DNA of 64,000 nt from Acidobacteriota bacterium. GTDB lineage: Bacteria; Acidobacteriota; UBA6911; RPQK01; JAJDTT01. The notes beneath the pieces are model-generated. The model was given only the letters and a program-made list of their open reading frames with translations. It did no database searches and was not told the DNA's origin. The DNA lies in assembly GCA_965209055.1 (NCBI GenBank), contig OZ242374.1, positions 192,001 through 256,000 of the forward strand, in the 5' to 3' direction. The first letter of the stretch is position 1. Each line of letters starts with the position of its first letter. Both the position numbers and the translations under genes were made by a program. This document shows positions 56,826 to 64,000 of the stretch, piece after piece.

Positions 56826-57686
56826 ATGGCGATCACGAGTCTCTCGAACGATCAGGTGGACAGTTATCGGCGAGAGGGTTACCTGCTGCTGCCCGGGTTC
56901 TTCGGCGCGGACGAAATGGCGGCAGTGGATGGGGCGATTCGGGAAGTCTCGGAAGCGGCGCTGGCGAGCGGGGACTGGAGCGACGTCCTGGAGTTGGAGC
57001 CGGAGCTGCAGGACGGACGTCCGGTGCCGCGACGGATCTATGAACCGCACATCCGGCACGAGACCTTTCGCCGCCTTGGATCCGACGCGCGCCTACTGGA
57101 TTGCCTGGAGCCGCTGATCGGCCCCAACATTGCGGCCCAATACAGCAAGATCAACATGAAACCGGCCCGGGTGGGATCGGTGGTCAAGTGGCACCAGGAC
57201 ATGGCCTATTTCCCCTCCACCAATGACGACCAGGTGGCGGTGCTGATCTACGTCGACGACGCCACGGAGGAGAACGGCTGCCTCCAGGTATTGCCGCGGC
57301 ATCATACCCACTTCTTCGACCACACCGGCGCCGACGGCCAGTTTGCGGGCATGGTCACCGAGGATCTCAGCGATGGCCGCTTCGGTCAGCCGGTGTCTTT
57401 GGCCGGTCCTTCCGGAAGCGTCATCCTCCTGCACTGCATCGCCCCCCATGCCTCGCTTCCCAACCGGTCCGAGCACCCCCGCCGGACCCTGATCTACGGG
57501 TACCAGGCCGCAGACTGCTATCCGATCTACTTCGGAGAGATGACGTCGTACGGGATGACCGGCCAGGTGTTGCGCGGCAGGCCGTCCCGCTTCGCCCGGT
57601 TCGGCGGACCGCCGCCTCTGATTCCCCACTACGACGGCATGTGGAAATCGCTCTACCAACTGCAGGAGGAGGCTAAGGTCGAATGA
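56826..57686 (+). CDS. Phytanoyl-CoA dioxygenase (PhyH)-family protein
   Basis: WHQD, ENGCLQVLP, HASLPNRS..R. Confidence 0.9.
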   Translation: MAITSLSNDQVDSYRREGYLLLPGFFGADEMAAVDGAIREVSEAALASGDWSDVLELEPELQDGRPVPRRIYEPHIRHETFRRLGSDARLLDCLEPLIGPNIAAQYSKINMKPARVGSVVKWHQDMAYFPSTNDDQVAVLIYVDDATEENGCLQVLPRHHTHFFDHTGADGQFAGMVTEDLSDGRFGQPVSLAGPSGSVILLHCIAPHASLPNRSEHPRRTLIYGYQAADCYPIYFGEMTSYGMTGQVLRGRPSRFARFGGPPPLIPHYDGMWKSLYQLQEEAKVE

Positions 57687-57797
57687 GATTGTCCCCATTC
57701 CGGCGCACGGATCCCTCTTGGACCCGCCGGACCCGAATCCGCCCGGGTTTGTCGACCACCCGGTCCGGGGAGTAAACTGTTGTCAACCTTGCGAGAG

Positions 57798-59414
57798 ATG
57801 GTGAACCGCCTGATCCGCCTCCTGCCCGTCGGTCTGGTCTTCTTCGGTACGGTGTCTTTTGCCTCTCCCTCAGCCGGTCAGGACGCCCGGGCCGAGGAAA
57901 AGGCGGATCCCTTCGCCCAGTGGCTGAATCGGGACGTGGTCTACATCATCTCGCCGGAAGAGAAAGCCGTCTTCTCCAAGTTGACCAGCACCGAAGAGAA
58001 GGAGAGTTTCATCGAGCAGTTCTGGCGCCGCCGCGACTCCGATCCCTCCACCGCCTTCAACGAGTTCAAGACCGAGCACTACCGCCGCATCGCGTACTCC
58101 AACGAGCGGTATCACAGCGGCGGCATCCCGGGATGGAAGTCGGACCGGGGCCGGATCTACATCGCCCTGGGTCCTCCCACCTCGGTGGATCGCTACGGAG
58201 CCGGGCAGACCTATTACCGGGACATCGACGAGGGGGGCGGGACCACCGCCGTCTATCCCATGGAGAAGTGGTACTACAACCACGTGGAGAACATCGGGAG
58301 CGGAATCGAGATCGAGTTCGTGGACAAGACCATGACCGGGGAGTACCGCATGGCCCTGAGGCCGGAGGAGAAGGATGCCCTCCTTTACATGGACGGGGCG
58401 GGCCTCACCCTGTTCGAGCGGATGGGCCTCGACACCCGGGCCGGACGGATCCGCGCCATGGACCCGATGCGGTCGGTGGGCGGGGAATTCGATGCGGTTC
58501 ACAAGCATGCGGAGAATCCGTTCCTCCGGCTGGATCGGTTCTTCCGGCTCCAGCAGGCGCCCCGGATCCAGTTCAATGACCTCAAGGCCGCGGTCGCCAC
58601 CAACATTACCTACGACGAGCTGCCGATCTTCGCCGCCAACTCCTACACCCGGCTGACCGCCGAATCGTTCATGGTTCCCATCACCGTCTTTCTGCCCCTG
58701 AACGAACTGGCCTATGAGGCTCCGTCCGCCGGCGCCGCACCTCGGGCGACGGTGCAGCTTTACGGTTCGGTGAAGAGCATGGGAGGCCGGATCGTCAGCG
58801 AGTTCGAGGAGACGATTTACGACGACCAACGGGTCTCGGCCGCGGAGGTGAAGGGACGGAAATCCTTCCAGAAGGTCCTCCCGCTGGCCCCCGGCATCTA
58901 CAAGCTCGATCTGATCGCCAAGGACCTGGGGAGCCAGAAGATCGGCCACCTGCAACAGCGGCTGGTGTTGCCGGTGTCGGTGCCCGAGGGGCTCTCCCTC
59001 TCGTCTCTGGTGCTCTCGGACACGATCGTTCCGGCCAAGGAGGCAACCCTGCCCAGCCCCTTCGTCACGGTTCTGGGTTGGAAGGTGTACCCGGTACAGG
59101 GCCGGCGATTTCATACGGGGGACCGGCTGGGGGTCTACTTCGAGGTCTACAGCTTCGAAGTCGATCAGAGCCGAGACCTGGCGGATCTCGACATTTCGGC
59201 GACCATCGTCAATTCCAGAGGCGAAGAGCTCATCGACGGGCCTGCCACGCACCTCTTTTCGCGCTTCAGCGACCGGGTGGCGGCCGCTCTGGTTTTCCCG
59301 CTGGAGGGCATCGAAAGCGGGGACTACACGCTTCTACTGGAGGTCGAAGACAAGATCCAGCAACGAAACGTTCGGGACAGGGTCCGGTTCAAAGTCGTTC
59401 CCGCCGACTCCTGA
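57798..59414 (+). CDS. GWxTD domain protein
   Basis: DVVYII, FIEQFWRRRD, EHYRRIAY, PGWKSDRGRIYI.LGPP. Confidence 0.92.
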   Translation: MVNRLIRLLPVGLVFFGTVSFASPSAGQDARAEEKADPFAQWLNRDVVYIISPEEKAVFSKLTSTEEKESFIEQFWRRRDSDPSTAFNEFKTEHYRRIAYSNERYHSGGIPGWKSDRGRIYIALGPPTSVDRYGAGQTYYRDIDEGGGTTAVYPMEKWYYNHVENIGSGIEIEFVDKTMTGEYRMALRPEEKDALLYMDGAGLTLFERMGLDTRAGRIRAMDPMRSVGGEFDAVHKHAENPFLRLDRFFRLQQAPRIQFNDLKAAVATNITYDELPIFAANSYTRLTAESFMVPITVFLPLNELAYEAPSAGAAPRATVQLYGSVKSMGGRIVSEFEETIYDDQRVSAAEVKGRKSFQKVLPLAPGIYKLDLIAKDLGSQKIGHLQQRLVLPVSVPEGLSLSSLVLSDTIVPAKEATLPSPFVTVLGWKVYPVQGRRFHTGDRLGVYFEVYSFEVDQSRDLADLDISATIVNSRGEELIDGPATHLFSRFSDRVAAALVFPLEGIESGDYTLLLEVEDKIQQRNVRDRVRFKVVPADS

Positions 59415-59467
59415 CTCCTGGTTCGGGGGGCGAAGGAATCTTCAGCCGGTTCGCCTCGGAGGTGCGA

Positions 59468-60307
59468 ATGACGACGGAGGAGAGAATCCGCCGCTTGAAG
59501 ACGGACGGGTTCTGTGTGATCGAAGGGGTCATCCCCGACGACAAGGTCCATCAGGTCCGGCAAAGCGTGGTGGAGGCCCAGGCCCGGCGCCATGCGGAAG
59601 CCGAAGCCGAGTTGGCGGCGACGCGGGCCCGGGGCCACCGGGTCGGGGTCATGGGTGTCGCCAATCTCCGGCAGGTGATCAACGAGACCCAGGCCTTCGC
59701 CCCCTACCTGGCCGACCGGCGGATCCTGGATTTGGCGGAAGCCTTCTTCGGTCCGTGGGTCCGGATCTCCTGCACCGACTGTGTGATCAACAATCCGGGA
59801 AACGGGCGCGGCTATCTGCACGCGGACTGGCCCTACAATCGAACCAACGCCTCTCACGTTCGCGCCCCCTATCCCGACGTCATGATGCACATCTCGACGA
59901 TTTGGATGCTTTCCCCCTTCAGCGCCGAGACGGGCGGCACGCTCGTGGTGCCCGGAAGTCACCGGACCTCCAGCAACCCGGCCGGCGGCGGAAACTCCGT
60001 CCCTGAAGACGACCCCTACCCGACCGAGATGAACGTCTGCGGTCCCGCCGGCAGCGTGTTCGTGAGCGACAGCCGGCTCTGGCATGCGGTCGCTCCCAAT
60101 CGGAGCCGGGAGCCCAGGGTCGCCATCCTGATTCGCTACGCTCCCTGGTGGCTCAATCTGAATCCCACCATGATCGGCACGCCGGAGCACACCGCCATGG
60201 TGGTGGAGACGGGCGGCAAGAACTACGAGTTGCCGCCGGTTCGAAAGAGCGTCTACGAATCCCTGCCGGAAGACGTGAAGCCGCTCTACCGGTTCTGGGT
60301 GAAATAA
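59468..60307 (+). CDS. Phytanoyl-CoA dioxygenase (PhyH)-family protein
   Basis: LHADWP, GGTLVVPGSH, RLWHA..PN. Confidence 0.88.
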   Translation: MTTEERIRRLKTDGFCVIEGVIPDDKVHQVRQSVVEAQARRHAEAEAELAATRARGHRVGVMGVANLRQVINETQAFAPYLADRRILDLAEAFFGPWVRISCTDCVINNPGNGRGYLHADWPYNRTNASHVRAPYPDVMMHISTIWMLSPFSAETGGTLVVPGSHRTSSNPAGGGNSVPEDDPYPTEMNVCGPAGSVFVSDSRLWHAVAPNRSREPRVAILIRYAPWWLNLNPTMIGTPEHTAMVVETGGKNYELPPVRKSVYESLPEDVKPLYRFWVK

Positions 60308-60325
60308 CGCGCGAAACGGCGGTTG

Positions 60326-60826
60326 TCACCCGGTCGAATCCACGGGCCACCGGCCAGACAGGATTCGGCGGTGTTTGATGTCCGTCGACTCCAGAGTGTA
60401 GACCCAGGCGAGTTCGCGGCATCCGGACGCCGAAGTCACCACCAACACGCGGCGGTAGAGGCTCCGGCCATCCGGACGGAAGCCTTCCAGCCGGTCGATG
60501 GCCGGCAACCGGGATTCGGGGTCGTCGAAGGTGAGAAGTTCCCCGTACACTGTTCCCCAGTCCCCCGTTTTGGCGCCTCCCGGAACCGGGCGGGGATACT
60601 TTCCGGCCCCGTCGGCAAGGCGCGTTTGCGTGGCCACGTCGGCGAGGGGGTCCGCAGTTCCGCAGGCCAGAACATCCTCGCCGGGCACCTCGAGAACCGG
60701 GAAGCCGGGTCCGTCGTAGAGCCGGCCGCGAACTTGCGCCTCCCCAATCTCCAGCGCTCCCCGGCAGAATTGGTTGTGGTTTCGGCAGCCTCGCTTGAGA
60801 GTGCCATAGACGAAGAGTTTCAACAT
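60326..60826 (-). CDS. Gamma-glutamylcyclotransferase (AIG2-like)
   Basis: LFVYGTLKRG, VYGEL, IDRLEG, LYRR, AWVY. Confidence 0.9.
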   Translation of the reverse strand: MLKLFVYGTLKRGCRNHNQFCRGALEIGEAQVRGRLYDGPGFPVLEVPGEDVLACGTADPLADVATQTRLADGAGKYPRPVPGGAKTGDWGTVYGELLTFDDPESRLPAIDRLEGFRPDGRSLYRRVLVVTSASGCRELAWVYTLESTDIKHRRILSGRWPVDSTG

Positions 60827-60985
60827 TTCGGATGGACTCTCCTCCTGGGATTTTCGGATTCTGCGGCTTGTTTCGAGAGTTGTCCATTGGTCACCGAAAA
60901 ACTCCATGAGGCTGGAGTCACGAACCCGTGCGGCAGCACGGCCTGGCGTTTCGGGACGGGTGCTGAACGAAAACCTCCCCTGGTC

Positions 60986-61015
60986 TTGACAATGGTCCCT
61001 GGGCGCAAACACAAT
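60986..61015 (+). promoter_or_regulatory. Putative sigma70 promoter of the TonB-dependent receptor gene
   Basis: TTGACA-18bp-CACAAT. Confidence 0.45.
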
Positions 61016-61139
61016 GTTCTCAACTCTTTTTCAGGTATCCGGTTTTTTCTGATTTCCAGTTTTCTCTGGCCACCTGATCTTTCCGGGGAAACGCCTTCTA
61101 TGCGTCCCCTGCACGGCTCGTCTTTCTGGAGACACATCA

Positions 61140-64000
61140 ATGACAAGGAAACCCTCGCGCCTCGCTCTGGCGGCGGCTTTGGCACTGTTCGCCTGCGCTA
61201 GTGTCCTGGGCCAGCAGATCTCAGGGACCATAACCGGCAACGTGGCCGATACTTCCGGCGCAGTGCTTCCCGGAGCGGAGGTCACCGCCACGAATACGGC
61301 CACGGGAGTGGATTCGGGGGCCCTGGTCAATGACCAGGGACTCTATCGCATCCCCAATCTCCCTCCCGGCATCTACGATCTCACCGCCTCCCTGCCCGGT
61401 TTCAAGACCACGGTAATCAGTGGCATCGAGGTCCGGGTCGACAGCGTGGTGAGGCGGGACGTGGCCCTCGACGTGGGCGCAATCGCCGATCAGGTGACCG
61501 TGGAAGCGTCCCGGAACGTGGTCGAGTCGGAGGAGCCCTCGCTGGGTGAAGTGGTCGGAGAGACGGAGATTCTCGAGCTGCCCTCGGGTGAAAAGAACTT
61601 CATGACCCTGGCCAGCATCACCCCCGGAGTGACGCCCGAACTCCCCACCGGCGAGTTCGGTTCCTCCTACGCGAACCGGAGCAACCTGCAGGTGGCCATT
61701 TCGGGACAGAGGCACGTATCGACCAACGTCCTCTTCGACGGCATTCCCAGCAAGGAGTTCTACATCGGTTTGGTGGCCACGGTCCCGGCGGTGGAGACGC
61801 TGCAGGAGTTCAAGGTCCAGAAAGGGTACTTCGCCGGCAACTACGACAATGCCGCCGTCATCAACGTGGTGACCAAATCGGGCACCAACGAAATCCACGG
61901 CACGCTCTGGGAGGCGCATCAGAACGACAACACCAACGCCCGCAGCTTCTTCGACGTGGGCAGCCCGGAGACCCTGCGCAACCAGTACGGTTTCGAGGTG
62001 GGGGGGCCGATTCTTTCCGACCGGTTGTTCTGGTATGGAAGTTATGAGGAGATCCGTGGCCGGGAGTCCGGGACCGGGAGAGGGAGCGTTCCCAATGCCG
62101 GATGGCTGAACGGCGACTTCTCCGATCTACTCCCCGGCACCCAACTGGTCGATCCCATAACCGGAAACCCGTTCAACAACAACCAGATCCCGAGTTCTCG
62201 AATCGACGGCTTCGCTCAGACCTGGATGGAACGGGGATTCATTCCGGGTCCCACGCATCCGGGAGCGGCGCTGAACTACATCGGCCCCACGCTGACTGTC
62301 GTGGACGAAAACAAATTGCTGGTGCGGTTCGACTACGCGCCCTCCGAGAGCGACAAGTTCTTCGGCCGCTATTCCTACAGCCGGTCGGACCGGTTTGAGG
62401 ACCGGATCATTCGGGAGGACTCGACCCGCCCGCTGCACGCGGACAACATGGTGGTCGATTGGGTTCACGTCTTCGGTCCCGCACTGACCCTCAATCTCAA
62501 GGGAGGTCTCAACCGCGTGGACTTCTCGGCTGCCGGCCGGTCCCAGGACACCGAGACCAATTGGGGTCAGGTGTTCGGCGTAAAAAACATCAATGTCGTT
62601 CCGGTGTGCAACCGAGTGCTCTCCCTGGGCATCGGCGGAGTCGGGGGCTTCGGGACCTGGAGCAACAACTGCGAAGAGCCGGTTCAAAAGGACCAGCACT
62701 ACCTAGTCAATCTGAACTGGATCGAAGGAAGACACCAGGTCATGCTGGGTGCGGAGGTGCGGAGAAAGCGCCAGGATCTGGCCATCGTGAGCGGTCACGC
62801 CGGGCGTTTCACCTTCAACAACAGATTCAGCGGGCACAATTTCGCCGACTTCCTGCTCGGGTATCCCAGCGGTATCGATGGGGTCAACTACCAGAACCCG
62901 GTCAAGAAGCACGCCTTCTGGTACAACGGCTTCATTCAGGACGACATCAAAGTGACCCAGAACTTCACTCTTTCGTTAGGAATGAGGTATCAGGTCTATC
63001 CTTGGGAATCCGATGAAGACCACCTCATCATGCTGTTCATTCAGGAGGGTGACGGAAGCACGATCCAGGCCTCGCCCGAAAGGCCGAGACTGGTGGACAT
63101 CGACGCCAACGACTTCGCGCCCCGCATCGGGTTCGCCTGGACGCCGAACGGGCGTGACGATCTCGCCATCCGTAGCAGCTTCGGGGTCTTCTACGACGAC
63201 GTGCCGGGCAACGACCGGGGCTGGGACTCCATCGGACCCAGCGTGGGCGTCGGCCAGAACTTCATCAGCGACCTCCTGACCCCCACCCTGCGCACCACGG
63301 GGCAGCTCCCGGATCCGCCGGCCATCGAGCCCACCTCCATCATGGGGCCCAACGTCTTCTTCATCATGAACAGTGAGACGAAGCGGCGGGATCCCTATCA
63401 GCAGGTCTGGACGCTGAGCCTCCAGAAGACCTGGGGTTCCGACCTGTTCACCGAGATCGCCTACGTCGGGTCCCACGGCATTCACATGTCCAAGCGCCGC
63501 AACCTCAACGTCCTGCACCAGGCTCAGCCGCCCGAATGCGGGGCCGAGTGCCGGATTTCCAAGCGGCGCTTCAAGAACTTCGCCTGGATCCTGACCGACC
63601 AGGGTGAAGGCCAAGCCTACTATCACGGGTTGGAGAGCAGCCTGCGCAAGCGGCTGAGCCACGGCTTCAGCTTCACCGCGGCCTATACCTACTCCAAGTC
63701 GCTGGACTGGGATTCCTTCGACAACAAGGGGGCCCGGGCCTACGTGCCAGGCAAGCCGGACAAGGGACGCAGCACCTTCGACGTGCGCCAGCGTTTCGTC
63801 ACGAGTTTCATCTACGAGACCCCCAAAATGCAGAATCTGAGTGCGGTGCCCCGGACCCTTTTCGGGGGTTGGCAGCTTTCGGGGATCGGAAGTCTGCAGA
63901 GCGGATTCGGCTTTCATCCCACGACTTCGTTCGATCCTTCCAACACCGAACAGATCGCCACCAACAAGCGGCCCGACCGCACTTGTGACGGAAACGGCGG
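61140..64000 (+). CDS. TonB-dependent receptor, Acidobacteria type (carboxypeptidase-regulatory-like N-domain), partial
   Basis: Manual translation MTRKPSRLALAAALALFACASVLGQQISGTITGNVADTSGAVLPGAEVTATN...VVTKSGTNEIHG...NQYGFEVGGPI...NDFAPRIGFAW; open to the window end. Confidence 0.92.
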   Translation, partial: MTRKPSRLALAAALALFACASVLGQQISGTITGNVADTSGAVLPGAEVTATNTATGVDSGALVNDQGLYRIPNLPPGIYDLTASLPGFKTTVISGIEVRVDSVVRRDVALDVGAIADQVTVEASRNVVESEEPSLGEVVGETEILELPSGEKNFMTLASITPGVTPELPTGEFGSSYANRSNLQVAISGQRHVSTNVLFDGIPSKEFYIGLVATVPAVETLQEFKVQKGYFAGNYDNAAVINVVTKSGTNEIHGTLWEAHQNDNTNARSFFDVGSPETLRNQYGFEVGGPILSDRLFWYGSYEEIRGRESGTGRGSVPNAGWLNGDFSDLLPGTQLVDPITGNPFNNNQIPSSRIDGFAQTWMERGFIPGPTHPGAALNYIGPTLTVVDENKLLVRFDYAPSESDKFFGRYSYSRSDRFEDRIIREDSTRPLHADNMVVDWVHVFGPALTLNLKGGLNRVDFSAAGRSQDTETNWGQVFGVKNINVVPVCNRVLSLGIGGVGGFGTWSNNCEEPVQKDQHYLVNLNWIEGRHQVMLGAEVRRKRQDLAIVSGHAGRFTFNNRFSGHNFADFLLGYPSGIDGVNYQNPVKKHAFWYNGFIQDDIKVTQNFTLSLGMRYQVYPWESDEDHLIMLFIQEGDGSTIQASPERPRLVDIDANDFAPRIGFAWTPNGRDDLAIRSSFGVFYDDVPGNDRGWDSIGPSVGVGQNFISDLLTPTLRTTGQLPDPPAIEPTSIMGPNVFFIMNSETKRRDPYQQVWTLSLQKTWGSDLFTEIAYVGSHGIHMSKRRNLNVLHQAQPPECGAECRISKRRFKNFAWILTDQGEGQAYYHGLESSLRKRLSHGFSFTAAYTYSKSLDWDSFDNKGARAYVPGKPDKGRSTFDVRQRFVTSFIYETPKMQNLSAVPRTLFGGWQLSGIGSLQSGFGFHPTTSFDPSNTEQIATNKRPDRTCDGNG

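Noticed and set aside
181-63917. Many long ORFs antisense to or overlapping real genes (e.g. 5072-7624, 37934-41905, 44893-46938, 62976-63917)
   Set aside because: Shadow ORFs expected at high GC; no recognisable motifs, and the opposite strand or frame encodes clear protein families

Overview
GC-rich bacterial chromosomal window, most likely Acidobacteriota (GWxTD protein, Acidobacteria-type TonB-dependent receptor, PVC-type heme protein); a host-associated or marine lifestyle is plausible but only inferred. It holds about 45 mainly catabolic and transport genes (beta-propeller glycoside-hydrolase-like proteins, sulfatase, sialidase-like proteins, SSS/ABC/RhaT transporters, PhyH dioxygenases, dimethylformamidase-like protein), three toxin-antitoxin loci and a dispersed family of GGAG-type REP/REPIN palindromes. 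Two non-coding systems can be read directly from the sequence. (1) A Cre-like tyrosine recombinase (15086-16099) lies beside a 2.8-kb segment bounded by two inverted 10-6-10 lox-like sites with identical 6-bp spacers (16929-16954 and 19699-19724). The segment carries a large secreted S-layer-like gene whose putative promoter lies outside the crossover, so it is a candidate whole-gene inversion switch. (2) A complete IS110 element (26378-27817) has a left end encoding a bridge RNA whose four guide segments match its own donor junction and its REP target. Also seen: a shared 11-bp-periodic TCAC box array at two distant loci, several REP-anchored local duplications, a MITE-like element, and an IlvC paralogue with substituted catalytic motifs. 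No tRNA, rRNA or CRISPR array was found.
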